Assembly: GCF_009914755.1 (NCBI RefSeq)
Contig: NC_060934.1
DNA length: 64,000 nt
DNA from: the human T2T-CHM13v2.0 reference genome, Homo sapiens
Reading direction: 5' to 3' (one strand)
This document shows positions 25,602-40,192 of this stretch, in pieces. The position numbers and the translations under genes are program-made. The notes beneath the pieces are model-generated. The model did not search any database, was not told where the DNA came from, and worked only from the letters and a program-made list of their open reading frames with translations. Each line of letters starts with the position of its first letter. The first letter of the stretch is position 1.

Positions 25602-26339
25602 GTACTTACACAAACCTAGATGGTATAGCCTACTACACACCTTGGCTATGTGGTAAAGCCTATTGCTCCTAGGCTAAAAACCTGTACAGCACTTTACTGT
25701 AGTAAATACAGTAGTAGGCAACTGTAACACAGTGGTATTTCTGTATCCAAACATTGAAAAGTTACAGGAAAAAAATACAGTATTATAATGCTACAGGACC
25801 ACTATCATGATGTGGTCCATTGTTGACAGAAATGTCATTATTCAACAGGACTGTAAATGGTTTTTCCTCAACTTAAAGATAAACAGTAGAAATATAGTTA
25901 ATTTACTTTATCTTGAGATTAAGAACTCAAGATACCTTGTTACAAAGCTCAGGATTCTGTTGGCTTGGGGCTAATCTTCAGTTCATTTGATGGAGTTAAG
26001 GTTGCTTTTAGTGATCAAATGTCGCTTGAACTAGGTGGGATACAGAGGGTACAAACTCTGTGATGTTCAAGAGCACAGTACATGATCCACACTCTGAGCT
26101 GGTGGCACACAAGTTCAAGCACGAAGTTCAACCCATCAACTACTTAGTGCTTGTCAAGTTGTTTGTGTTTTCTGGGTTTAAATGGTTTCCTCTTGTCATC
26201 AATGGTAGAGCATTTATTTTTTTTTCTGTTACGCCTCATTTTTTTTAAAGTTTGTTTCTTGAAGAGAGAAAAGCATTAATTATTCTCTTTTGTAAGTAGA
26301 GAGCTTTAAAACACACTGATAGCTGTCTCTCACATAACT

Positions 26340-26726
26340 GTTAAAATAAATTTGGCATGAGACTGACCTCATGCTTTCATTTCCTAATAACACATTGCAT
26401 CCTAAGTTGAGTGTATGTTATTGTAAGAAGTGGCTGTGTCTTAATCACAGCAGCTGAGCCTCAGCCAGTCACAGCCTGCTAACTCATCAGACCATGTCCA
26501 CATAAGGCAAATGACTCACTACACCATGCCCAAATAAGGCCAAGGCTCAGCTGTAATCAGTCAAGCTGTTTCTGTAATTACTTTTTTTTTCTGTCTATAA
26601 ATACTGCCTACCCATGATGCTGGGTACAGCTTTCTGAACCTCTCCTGGTTCTCAGTGCTGCCTGATTCATGAGATATTCTTTGCTCAGATAAATTCTGCT
26701 AAATTTTCTAAAGTTTGTCTTTTAAC
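26340..26726 (+). mobile_element. ERV1 solo LTR (MER57-like)
   Basis: TGTTAAAATAAATTT...TTTTAACA termini, with 'ataaggcaaatgact', 'ctgtctataaatactgcc' and 'ttctttgctcagataaattctgctaaa'. Confidence 0.7.
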
Positions 26727-26919
26727 ACTATCAAAATAATTTTATCCTAGATAAAGCACTTCCTTCCCTTAAATAAGATAAGCAACTGTTAACGTTATGG
26801 GTGAAAGCATCCCAACATAACAAAGCCAATTATTTAATTGTCTGTAGGTAGTTTACTGTTGAGGCAAGATGTGCTGAACACTGAGTTTCTACATTTAAAA
26901 AAATGTTTATACCCATATT

Positions 26920-26955
26920 GTGTGAGTGTGTATGTGTGTGTGTGTGTGTGTGTGT
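26920..26955. repeat. (TG)n microsatellite
   Basis: Directly visible. Confidence 0.9.
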
Positions 26956-26984
26956 ACGAAAAGGGAGAGAGACAAGGAACTGCC

Positions 26985-27220
26985 TGAGACAGGGTCTCAC
27001 TCTGTTGCTCAGGCTGGAGTGCACTGGTGTGAACACAGCTCACCGCAGCCTTGATCTTCTAGGCTCAATCAATCCTACTACCTCAGTCTCCCTCCTGAGT
27101 AGCTGGGACTACAGGTACGAACCACCATGTCTGGCTTTTTTTTTTCTTTTTTAGAGACAGTGGTCCCCTATGTTTCCCAGACAGGTCTTGAACTCTTGTC
27201 CTCAAGCAATCATCCAGCCG
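26985..27220 (-). mobile_element. AluJ-type
   Basis: 'gagacagggtctcactctgttgctcaggctggagtgca...ctcaagcaatc'. Confidence 0.8.
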
Positions 27221-27440
27221 ATACCACCTGATTTTTAATACCTTCTCCAGCTATCCCTTTTAATAACATGTTTGTAGGTCTAGGAAAGTTCCAAACCCTT
27301 TAGCCTGAATCTTCAGGAGACTTGGAAATAACACTTAGGCAATGAAGAGTCCTTGTCATAGAGTCCATGGCAGGACTTAAGGAACCTAGCAATTGCCTAA
27401 AGTCATATGGAAAAGATTTATCAAATGCAAGTAAGCCCTC

Positions 27441-27457
27441 CTCTCTCTCTCTCTCTG

Positions 27458-27511
<54 letters not shown>
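27441..27511. repeat. Compound (CT)n(CA)n microsatellite
   Basis: Directly visible. Confidence 0.95.
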
Positions 27512-27513
<2 letters not shown>

Positions 27514-28066
27514 CTACACAAATGCACAAATATGTTGCTCTGGGGAGAAGATCCACAACTTCCTCAGGAATCCTAAAAAGTTTCCATAAGCAAAAGAGAG
27601 TAACAGCCACTGTTCTAGGTCTGGAGACTAACTTACCATGTGACCTTACACAAATCACTTGGCCATACCATACCGCACTTTCCCCTCCTGTCAAATCATA
27701 ATGATGTAATTATTTTCTGGCAAACCTTCGAAGTGTGAATATTGAATGATATAAAGGGCTATGTATACATTAACTATGATTATTTCTTTACCCTTCCCCT
27801 TTCCCTTCTGAGGTATCTTGTGAAATTTAGTCATGAAGTTTCTTTTGGGCAAGTTCCAAAATCTGACTTATGCAATGCTCTATTTAGATTTCTTTTATGA
27901 AGATATTTTAGTATTCTCTATTTGCCATTGTTTGCAAATTATTTTTCCAATTTGTACCAATAGACAAAAAAATTAAATTAAGAACAAATGAAAACAGTGA
28001 ATATGCATTTCTGCCCCCATCATCTTATACATGGAAGATAAACTGAACAAGTAAACATCAGAATGA

Positions 28067-28444
<378 letters not shown>

Positions 28445-29552
28445 CAGAGCAGCTTTTCTAAAGAAACAGACAATGCTATGTAGCAGCTCTAAAACTAAGC
28501 TTAAATAACAGAATATTTCTGCCAGAGAAAGAATTTCAGCTAACGTGCTTTAGACCCAAAAGACGGCTCCAGCAGCTGCCAGAGACGCTGCCATGATTGC
28601 TCTCATGGCTTTGCTGCTCTGTCCATGAGAAGCAGCACATACACATGCAACACACACATGCGCACACTCACAAATACATACATAAATGCGTCAAAGGGAT
28701 AGGTAGCTTTCAGACTCTCAGAAACAACACTTAAGGAACATCTCATCGTGTGATTTCTTATAATTATGATGTGGTCTGAATTTCCTGTAGGAGATCCATA
28801 ATTGGCCAACATTTAGGAGCGAAGTTTTATTGTGTTACTGTTCTAAGGGCAAGTGGGTGCTTCCAATACTTGACTGGGAAATACAGAGTTTCTGAAACCC
28901 AAATCATAGGGAGAGCTATTTTAAGGTCTGGTGAAGGGAATAAAGAGACAGCCACTTGATTTCTTCAAAACATAAAGCAATTTTTCCCCACAGTCCCAGA
29001 AAAAGCACCTGGCTCTCTTTCCTTACTATGTACCAAGAAATTGTTGGTTTTCTCCCTGTAGAATTCTGTATAGTTAGTGGAAAACTATTTCTCTAAAAAT
29101 TATGTGGAGGGACTGTTACATATAGATAAAATGCATGCTTCAAATTAAAAGAATTAAAATGAATTCTAGAAATATTACTTTGAGGTTTTCATAATTAGAA
29201 TGAGTATTGTGTATTATCTCTACATCATTTTTCAAACCCTGCTATAAAGCTCACGATGTGTAATTACTTAGGCAATGCTAGAAAGCCTCTAAAAACAGAG
29301 CTCAATACTTCAAATGTGAAAATCTGTAATCATCATTCATCTATGCATTAACCCCCAAATTCATTAAATTTCTAATATCTTGAAGGCAATCCAAATAGAA
29401 TGCAATAGGAGATAGGAGATATCTGCCACAGGCAGCTTGAAATCTAGTAGAAGATACAACTAAAACAGAAATAACCTTAGAGCACTTCTTAGTTTTAACC
29501 AAACTTCCCTGTGTATAAATCCCACTTGTTTTTTTGGTTTAAGCCCCTAGCA

Positions 29553-29576
29553 ATATATATATATATATATATATAT
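29553..29576. repeat. (TA)n microsatellite
   Basis: Directly visible. Confidence 0.9.
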
Positions 29577-31609
29577 GTCCAATTTATATCCCATAGACAA
29601 ATCCATAAAGCATTTGAAGACAACTATTACTCCTTGCCAGTTAAAAACCCCTAATCGATTTATTCAGTACTTTTTTTGAGCACCTACTATGTGTCATGTT
29701 ACGGAGACACAGCAGGTTAAATACTAACACAGCCTCTGCCTTCAAGAAGTAGATACCTATCCTTGCATCTACAAATTTTTGTAGATAAAAATTTTGTAGA
29801 TTAGATCCAAATATCTTTTTTTATGTGCCACTTTAAATACTAACAATGAATGCTGAGCAGAGATTTATTCATGTACAGAACTAAGCGACAGTCCCTGCCA
29901 TCAAAAAGCATATGGGCTGGTTTAGAGCCAAGTGTAGCTACTCCACTCATGTCATTTATCATGAATTTTCTAAACTAGGCATGTAGATTTTCCTTTTCCA
30001 ACATTATCAAGGGTAACTAAATATGTGGGAAAGATAACACGATGAGGTTTTGCATTTATCAGAAACAATATAAAATGAATATTGAGCTCTGAGTATAGTG
30101 GCTATGTGCAGTCTTTGAAGACTTCTAAATCCAAAAAGCTCATTGATCTAACCCAAGGTAATTGACGTTTTATTGCTTTTTTCTAGGATCTTTTTTAAGA
30201 CCCTGGGCTGCAGTTTATTCTGTATGGGGCCGTTCAACATTTTGAGGCCTTACTGAAACACTAAAGCTTGAAATTTGCCAGGGAAATCCTCTCAGCAAGT
30301 TCTCCAACTCAATCTTCTCCCTTTCCTCTACCCGTTCACTGTATTTCAGCTTATTCTGTCTTCAATCTCTAACTCCTGCGTTTTGGAAAGTCAAAGAACA
30401 CAACATAATTGTTGCCTGTCTTTTTTCCATCAAACCACCACACACTACATAAGCTGCCTCCAATATTTCCAGAGGGATGGGAAGTATTTTGATAGTGGTT
30501 GTCATCTTTCCTTTCTCTTCTGCTTTCTTGACCTGAGTCTCTGACTTGCACCATTAAGTGTCCCAAGGGTCTGTCTATCCATATATTGGTTAAGCATTAC
30601 AAGCTCTGCCATATTTCTTTAATGGATTACTTTGAGATGATCCTTAGTTCATGATAATATATTAATATGGCTAATACTGAATAACTCAAGTTTCAGCTTC
30701 TTAAATTATCACTTAATGAATGTTAAGTACATTCTTACTCCATCACTGAGTCTCCTCCCACCCACCCATTGGTAACTCTCAGCCCTGTGGTGGAGTTTGG
30801 AGATAAAGGACAGATCAAGGATCATCCAGTAGACAAAGCACAGGTATCCATCCTGTCATACCCTCAGCAATTCCTTCCTGGTACAGCCAGTCTAAGATAG
30901 TAGTCATAACACTCTGAAATATCTCTTTACTTTGTTTGTACTTCAGAGAGTATTTCATACTCTGGATTTACTTTATTTATCTATATTTTAACTTTTTATA
31001 GTCTACATGTCATCTACCTTAATGCCACTTCTAATTTGAGGTAAGCCATTCAAGGACAGAGGCCCTGCTCACCTTATTTATCATGCTACCTCCAACTGGC
31101 ACATGATTAGCTGATAGAAATGTTAAGTAAATGATTGAACCAGAAGACATGTCTTTCATAGTGACTCATCTAGGAAAAAAAAACTATCAATCATTCTAGT
31201 CCAAGTATTTGTTCTCAGAATTCACTTGTACTTTATACAGACTTATCACATCCTGATGTTTCTCTGACAATAACTATTGAGAATACATGCCTATTTCATC
31301 AATTAAATAAGATATTTGGTGGCTAAATCACCAAACTTATTCTATTCGCTCTTTGAAAGTCCAGTTTTTGAACACCTGAGTTTCTGTAGGATTCCTAATA
31401 TTTCTTTAGGTTAGATATAGGTACTTGTTTCTCTTAATGTCTATTGTGCCCTAGAAGAGAAATATAAACTTTGAACATTTCCATGTCAAAGTGTCTCAAG
31501 TTTCTTGTAGAAAGTTACTTTATAAAATAAAGTAACAGGCAATAAAAACAAAAAGATATTTTGTAAAGTTATTAAAACTCATTCAAAGTGGAATCATTAA
31601 TTCACTTAT

Positions 31610-32450
31610 TATTTAATTTACCCATTTAACTAACATATTGAAAATGAAATAAATACCAGGCACTGAGCTAATACACAAGAAGAGTTAGAAACCGATATAT
31701 AATTCCTGTCTTCAGTGAGTTCACAGTATTGCACCAACAGCACATATGATCACGAAACAGTAGAATCTAAAATGTAAAGTTAAACCACAATAGAAAGGTA
31801 GTTAGCATATCTAGAAGCGAAGTGAGTAAAGGAAGGGCGGGTGAGTGACTAGAGGAAGTACTTTCTATGAAAGGTAATATTTGAGTCTAGATTTAGGAAC
31901 AAGGTAAAGTGAGAGAAAGGCATCCAAAGTAAGGAAACAGTGTGTGCAAAGGCCCAGAGTGAAGCCAGATGCTTTAAGGAGAATACAAGAGGCTCAACAA
32001 GCTAAAGCAAAATATTTGTGCAGGTACAGGTAAACTACGAGGCCTCAAAGCAGACAAGAGCCAAATTGTGGAGAATAGTGTATATAGCATGGTAAGAAGT
32101 TGAACTTTATCCTGAAATTCAATTAGACAGTGAAGGAGTTTAAAATAAGAGGATAGATGATTAAAAATCACACTCATTTAGCAATAATCAATCACACAGG
32201 AGATAGAATGAAGAAAGAATTGAAAAAAAGTTAAGGCCTGGAGGCCTTAGCCAAGCTAGGAGGTTACTTTCGTAACCCAGGCAAAGAGAAAAGAGGGTAG
32301 AGACTCCCCTCATGAACTAGGGAGTCAACAGATTGTGGGAAAAAAACTGAAAGTACATTGGTGATCAGTTAGAAGTGGAGGTTGGGAGAGAAGGAAACAT
32401 AGGAATAGAGGCCTCTGGATTGGATGGCCATAAACCCCAAGACGCCTTTA
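31610..32450 (-). mobile_element. L2 LINE fragment
   Basis: 'taccaggcactgagcta...cctgtcttcagtgagttcacag...aggaaacagtgtgtgcaaaggcccagag...aagttgaactttatcctgaa'. Confidence 0.7.
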
Positions 32451-32994
32451 TTATCTGACGGAGAAAAGTGGTGCTCAAGTGGAACAAACTGAGTGGTATT
32501 AAACTGCAGGAAAATTAACTGCAGGTCAGTAATAGTCATCAAAAATACCAAAAAAGAGGTGTCTTTTAGAAATGTAATTTAAGCCAAAGAAGCAACATAT
32601 TTGAATTTGTACAATTCAAAGAAGGAATGAGAAAGAGAGAGGCAGATGCATTTTAAGTGAGAAGGAGGTGGATCCTAGAAAAGCAAATTTGTAAATGAAT
32701 AAAAACAGTGATAGGAGAGGTGAGAAGAAATTACCAACATATGAAGACATTTAACTTTCCATGAATTTTTCCTGAAGCTGTCAGATCAGGGAAGCTATTC
32801 CAAGCAGTCCTTTGGTAAATTTCAATTTAAGAAAAACTTAAGAAAATAAAAACTAGTCTTGGACATAGTCTCATTCTCCTGCAGCAGTGTATGCATTTGA
32901 TCTGCTCTGATTAAAAACTACTATTCTCTGAACCACTGGATTTCAGATTTTCCAGTAAATATAATGAGTTTAAGGTGACATTCTTCATAGCCCT

Positions 32995-33343
32995 CAGGTC
33001 CACGTTTGAAAACTGCTATAACAAAATATCTTAAACTGGATAGCTTATAAAAAATAGAAATGTATTTATTATAGTTCTGGAGGCTGGAAAGTCCAAGATT
33101 AAAGCACTGACAGATTCCATGTCTGGCAAGGGCCTGCTTTCTGCTTTGTAGATGATACCTTCTAGTTGTGTCTTTACATGGTAGAAGGGAAAACACTCTT
33201 TCCAGCCTCTTTTATAAGACCACTTATGAGGGCTCTGCCCTCATGACCTAATTGCCTGCCAAAGGCCCTGTCATACCATCACCTTGGAGATCAGGATTTC
33301 AACATATGAATTTGGAGGGGACACAAACATTCAGACTATAGCA
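32995..33343 (-). mobile_element. MLT1A-type MaLR LTR
   Basis: 'ctgctataacaaaata...gttctggaggctggaaagtccaagat...ggggacacaaacattcagactatagca'. Confidence 0.85.
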
Positions 33344-35284
33344 GTAATCCCGAGTTCTACCATAGATATCTTGCACTGACAGGCCCAACAGTAAGCTTTT
33401 GGCTACCTCCAGAATGAGGTGTCAAGTTGCTTATAGTCTCTCTTTATGAACCACAGCACTACCAACTATGGACATGACTGTCAGACACAGGATGTGCCTC
33501 CAAGTCTGATGTATATTTATGGCCAACATTGTAGCTCAATAATGAAATTCAGCTACTTTAGCACATGGCACCATTAAGAACTCCGTCCTGCCATGAATCT
33601 TTACCTGGTTGACTTGTTGAGAGCAAATCCACATAGAATGCCAGAACACAAAGTTTTTTCAGGAGAACAAATTTGTTCTCATAGGAAGCCAGCTGTTCAT
33701 ATGGTCAAGGAAAACGATGGAAGCAAGTTGCCATTATTTGAAATGGTGGAGAGAAAAGAAAATGGTAGATAGATCACTGGACTGTCAACTACAAATAAAA
33801 GCCATCAATCACCTTGCAATTTCCCCACAGAGCCTAGCAGAGTGAAATAGCACCTAGGTTGGAATGCAACCACCAAAATCGACTGAGATCAAACTGCAAC
33901 CTTAAAGTATATTTCCAAAATAGACAAATCACAGCATCGGCATTCACCCACATTGGCCTCACTGGTTGATTGGCATAGGAGAAACAATATTATTCAAGAA
34001 CTTAGCAATGACCACAAAATATGAAGGACACAAAGACATAGCTCATGGCACAACAAAACTTAATGAATTGGTAATACTCTATCTTATTCCAGAAAGTACT
34101 GTCATGAAGTGGTATTTGTGAGAAATGAACTTTGAGTTTGTTTCTTTGTTTCCTTATAGTCAGTGTAAAGAGGAAAACTAGTGAATTACATAATATACAG
34201 TAGTACATGTACTATAGCTGTAATACTCATTGTATGCAGATGCAACACTTGGTGTGGACAGATGAGAAATAGAGAAGAGCTTAAATGTATTCTGATACCT
34301 ATATGCCAATTTCAAGGCATAGCTGAAGAATAGTGTAATTTAAAAGGCGTACGATAGTTGAATTGGGCCAACTAGAAATCCAAGTGTCAAAGTGAATTGC
34401 AAAAGGCAGTCACTCAATAATAACATGGAAAGAGAAGTTGAAGATCTACCAGACTTTGTAGCTACATTTGTGCATATATATGTTTATCAACCTCAATAAC
34501 ATCATCCTCAAACAACAGAGGACAGTGACAAATGCATAAAATGTGTATGTCACAGCCAGTATCCAATAATTAATTCATGTCTAGAGCAGAGAATAAAAAT
34601 GACCAAATACATTAGTCACACTTCTATTGCTTGAAGTCAGTCATTTATTATCAGTGGCATCACCAGCCTTATTCAAAGTCATTAGTATCCATTAGTAAAT
34701 TAAAATGTATTTGTATTTTGAGACTTCTGTTTTTATTTCACATATTTTGTTCCATTTCTCATCAGGAATCCTGTGTTATGGTTCTATATTTAACCCCAAA
34801 CATTTTGTTAAAAGTAAATTTTCTTTCAGAACAGAATCTAAACAGATTTCCAATTCATTAATTTTCAGAACGGTCCTCACCCTCTTAAATCATACAACTA
34901 CTGATGATTTTCTCTGCATATAAATCTTAGCCACATATTTATCAATGATGTTTTGTGAGTCCCGGCTTAATAATGAACAGTCATCTGTCATTCAGTCAAA
35001 GTATTTTGTGAGTGAATAAGATTTTCTAGTCCTAGAATGTAAAACAGAATACACTGTATATAGAAGAGCTTACATTTCTTCTATAACTTTGTTCAGTGTT
35101 CAGGAAACATTCTGGCATTCTAGGCAACTTATATAACGAAACAATTTACTGCCTTTCTTCATATATCTTCAGAAGCAAAGCATCCAAAAATAACTGTTGG
35201 CAGGCTGATTTATTTTGGATAAATTCATTATCTTCTATCTAGTCTTTGTCACCTCGGTTCGCTCTTTTCTCTCCCTCCTCCAAC

Positions 35285-35287
<3 letters not shown>

Positions 35288-35319
<32 letters not shown>
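35288..35319. repeat. (TG)n microsatellite
   Basis: Directly visible. Confidence 0.95.
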
Positions 35320-35320
<1 letters not shown>

Positions 35321-36774
35321 ATGCATGTATAAAGGAAAGTAAATATCTTCAGTTTAATCAGAGCAGTAGGCAAAGTTCAGAGGTTCAGAGGGTCACTGAA
35401 ATCTTGTTAAGCAAAGACGCTCAATCCCCATACCATTTACAGTGTTTTTCCCCCGGATCCCACCCACATGGCAGTATTTGCATATCTTCTGAGAGTGAAA
35501 TTTTCTACCTTCTTTCATTATCATTGTGACAATTTTGTGTAAACGTATTTCAGACTAATTGGATTCTGAGTTGCATACAAGCACAAAGAACCATCAAATA
35601 GTGAGGCTGTGCTGCTGGTTAAAATCAACTATCAGCCTGGAGACCACTCTGCACTGTCTTTCATCAGTCTGCCACCAACAGGATGCACATTGCTTTGCAA
35701 ATAAATATTATATCTAAATGTTTCAGCAAGGCAGACATTCTAGAGAGATCCATAAGAGAGTCCCTTCTGGAAAATATATGTTTAATTTTTCTGGTACTCC
35801 CATTTCATAAGCAAAAATTATATAAGCATGGTCAGAGAGAAAAGAAAAATAACTGAACTTGAAGATTTGCCCTCGGTTCTATGCTTTTCTTCTCTTTTTA
35901 TCCTGTCAGCATAGTATACATCAAACAAGAGCTCTGTGTTGTGGCTCTGCTTTTTTGCTTTTATTTCCCCCAATGAATTTTTCAGGATTTGAACTTTTGC
36001 TCAATATACTAAGATGCATAGCACTCTTCCTTGATAGATACCAACGTAGGCTTCCCAGCCAATGACATATGTTTTCTCCTCTGACTTTCTATTATACCTA
36101 AGATTAATTTCACTGCTCATATTTTTTGCATACTTATTTTTTAGATATCTATCTTACAATATCTGATTTTCAAACAACAACAATAGTTCAGTATTTATCC
36201 ATATGATTTTATTTATTTAGTGTACAGTGTGGCATCCCAAATTCTGCAGCCACTCAGCAAAGTTTTCTCAGGTTTCCTCCCCATCATAAGACACACCCTG
36301 CCTATCTAAGAAAGGCCACAGACAAGAGGAACAAACGGTAGATGTATCTGCATGAAAGAAAATATATAAAACGAGAGAGTATCAACAGGAAAAGTGAAAA
36401 TCATCCTAGCCACCTTTAGTCAACTCGTTTTTCCAAGCTGTTGCTTCATTTTTACCTCATCTGGCTAGTTCAGTGAAGAAAAGGGCACCTAAAATATAAA
36501 ACCCGGCACAGATTACAAAATATTTACCTAAAATTTAATTATTTAAACAGCCAAGTAGACAACAGTGAAATGTTACAGGAGCAACAAGGTTCAAACATAA
36601 TGAAAGAAAATTATTCTTCATATAATCTGTTAAATTCTGGGCCTTGGCAGATGGGAAATCACTTGAACACGTGGTTCCAAGGAGATGTAAGAGAGAGAGG
36701 AAGTGACTCCTGGAGAGGTGACCTCTACCGGTAACAGAGTATTCACCAATGGTTGAATAGAGCAAGACAACACT

Positions 36775-37000
36775 AGCAGTGAGCTGCTATTGAGAAATTA
36801 CCAAGAGGTAGGCACTGCGCTAAGCCCTTCACATCGGTTATCTCAAACAACAACTCAATGATATCAGTACTGTTATTATCCCCATTTTACAGATGAGTAG
36901 ATTAAGGTTTATGAAGCTGAAATTGCATGCCTAAGGTGAAAACTAAGCCCTGGAGCCTGAATTCAAATGCAGGCAGCAAGAGGCTTCACCACTTTGCATA
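36775..37000 (-). mobile_element. MIR
   Basis: 'tactgttattatccccattttacagatgagtagattaagg'. Confidence 0.75.
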
Positions 37001-37063
37001 CAGTAGTTGCTTTATATCTTATAGGAATTTGCAACTGCATCTACTTAAGGAGGGAAGAAAATT

Positions 37064-37197
37064 GTGTGTGTGTGAGAGAGAGAGAGACAGAGAGTATGTG
37101 TGTGTGTGTGAGTGTGTGTGTGTGTGTGTGAAAGAGAGAGAGAGAGAGAGACAAAGATGGGGGTGGGGAGACAGAGACAGAGAGAAAGAGAAAGAGA
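37064..37197. repeat. Compound (TG)n/(GA)n microsatellite
   Basis: Two alternating TG and GA blocks. Confidence 0.9.
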
Positions 37198-38270
37198 ATG
37201 CTCTGACTAGCCAACCAGTGAGTATCACTGCCTCCTCCCATTCTGTGCCATGTGTGTGCTCCCCGGAAGAACAGGACACAGGAGACCTGACTGCCATTTG
37301 CTTCCTCAGTCTCAGCTCTCAGCAATTCTCACAGTGGGATCTTGTGAGTGGCTTAGGGGTCTTTTCAGCATATGAAGCACAAGACTTTCTCACACAACAT
37401 GGCCCTATAGATGCACCAACTACTTCATCAGATGCTCAGTCAGAGGAAGATCCATTGTCCCTACCCCCAGAGAATAATTGCACTTAGACTCACTGAGAGA
37501 TGGCACATTTGTTTCCAATGTGGCCCCTCTTAAGGGGTTTTCAGAAGTGATATAACCTTGCCTCATGTGCCACTGTTAAAACGTAATGCCAGAGTGAATG
37601 GCAACTCCTCTGTGCTTCCAGACAGCAAAATTCATACTTTTCCAGAAGCCACATGATCCTCTTGGACGCCCTTGGGTGCCATTCATATTTCAGGCTTCTA
37701 TATTGCTGGGTAGTATAAAATAATGTGCAACTATTTTTTGATTTCTTTAGAAAACATTTTAAAAGTGCTTCCTCAAGAACAGGTGTTTTTATTTAAGACA
37801 AGATTCATTGTAGTAATCATTTTGAATGGCTCGATCTAGTCTCCTCATTGCCCTAAGACAATCTTTGCATTGGTCGAAAAGTGAGTAAGTGAGCAGATTT
37901 TCAAACTGGGATATGGTGATAAATATAGAAACAAAATGAGGAATTAGACATGAGAGACTGGACATAAACATATACATATGCAAATACAGACAGGTGTCCA
38001 CCTTTTCCACTTCTATTTCCAGCTTTGTGCAAGGAAGGATGTAAAATATTTAGTAAAGGAGATATATGTGTTTGCATTCCTGCTCTGTCAAATATTAGCT
38101 GTGCATCCATTATTTAATTTACGTGAACCCCCCCTAGCATTTATAGAAAGTTTATCATGATAGCTATTTCAAAGGATAACTGGGGAAATTAGTATAAAGT
38201 TCCTGGAGTAGAGATCTTTCACTAAAATTGCAGCCTACACAACTTCCTCCTCCTCATTATTTCTTTTCAT

Positions 38271-38598
<328 letters not shown>

Positions 38599-40192
38599 TA
38601 GAAATCTTCATGCACATAATCAAAATGTAACTATCCAGCAATCCATTCTAACGATGAGGGTGAAGATGCTGTACTCTTCAGTTCCTAGTCAGGGGTGTCC
38701 AGGGTTCTTCTCCCACACGATTTGTCTCTATTTCCAGAATTTACACTTCATTTATTTCCCTCTCTGGCTTCTCAACAATATTTTTGGAGTTTGTTAACTG
38801 CATGACAATATCATGCTCTCAATCAGAGAATGTTTTGAAAAAATGAGTGCCCCTGTATCATGGCAGGTACATGTTATGAGTCATAATAACGTGCAGATGC
38901 TGTATCCACAGGGACTGCTGCTTTCACCGTACGAATGTCACGAAAACGTTATCCATTTCTTGCTAACACCACATCTGCTCTCCACTTCCCTGAATTAAGA
39001 TTCTACAATTTCATAACGACTTATATTTTACTTAGTCCCAGAGTGACCATCTGATTGATCCTGTTTTTTGTTTGTTGGTTTGCTTTTGTTTGGTTTGGGT
39101 TTTGCTTTGTTTTTTTGTTTTGTTTCTGTATTTTACTTTGTCTTAAAAGGAAAAAAAATGTATTTCTTTATGAAAAAGACAAAGTTCAGTTAAGCCACTT
39201 TAATTTGGAATTTTTATATCAGTACCTAAGTTTTAAAATACAATCACTGCTTTCTTCTCTGAGATAGATGGGACTCTGACCAGCTGGCTCTAAATCCTAC
39301 AGGACAAACACTTCAGCCCCATGATTACATGATGGAAATTGGCAAATAAGCAAAGATACAGATAACCCCATAATATCATCTCAGTGTGTCCGAGACTTTT
39401 TATTTATAGCATATTTCCCTCCTTAACTAAGTTTTAGTCCCTCTAATATGAAACAATTTCTAACACTGAGAGCACCCCATTTTATTCAAATGGGGTAAGT
39501 GGGACATAAAAAGATGCTTGGTGGCTGAGGGAGTTAGCCTGGTGCTTACATTTTGTTAGGATCAGTTCAGCAGTCACGTATTGCGTATCTACTTTGTGCC
39601 AAACACTAAACCTTCCCTGGTGGTGAATCTCAGTGTAGCCAGCATGTGCTGGGGCTTCACTCATGATAGGTCACAATACACCATTTCTAAGTCACTCTCC
39701 AAGCTTGTCTCAGAAAGGCAGGAATAGATACTTTATATCTTCCTTTTGACTATGTTCCTTATCTATGTTTCACTGCTTGTGAGACTCTTTTTTACAAATT
39801 TCGTAATAGTGTATCATGTGTGTACTGAGTATCATAGTAAAAAGATATTGTACCAATTTATTTAAGAAAACAGATTGTTTACCATGTCTTGCACCAACAT
39901 CTGCTCTTCCCCAAATTCAGCACCCAGAAACAAGCACCTTTAATTTTTTACTTGTTTATTCACATCTTTATTTAAAGTGTAATTTCTATTTATAGATCTT
40001 CAATACAATCCTCAGCTCAAGAACTCCGCTCTGCTGAGTAACACTAACTCCAATTAAGATAAATTATAACTTCAGCCACTGAATGGTGACGGCAAGAACA
40101 GAGAGAGGAGTGTCTCACACAAGCACCTGGCGTTATGTTATCACTTTCCTTCTCTGGAGTCATACTTGGATTCAGTGTTAGAAACAAACAGG

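Larger units (their letters stand above)
24223..25853 (+). mobile_element. Tigger3 (MER7/Golem-type) DNA transposon, split by an LTR insertion
   Basis: 'ctgagaaatgcatcgttaggcaatttcatcattgtgtgaacatcatagagtac' resumes at 25602 as 'gtacttacacaaacctagatggtatagcctactacacacc'. Ends GACTG|TA. Confidence 0.88.

Noticed and set aside
29767-29800. Small hairpin ATCTACAAA-TT-TTTGTAGAT with local duplication; similar short palindromes or tandem duplications at ~16161, 25911, 55145 and 62885
   Set aside because: Short AT-rich structures of this kind are expected by chance or slippage.
36927-37487. 186-aa ORF
   Set aside because: It starts in a MIR and runs through TG/GA microsatellites (CVCV/ERER). No recognisable domain.
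37750-37885. Possible exon bounded by TTAG and GTGAGT
   Set aside because: Stops occur in all three frames from that acceptor, so there is no coding support.
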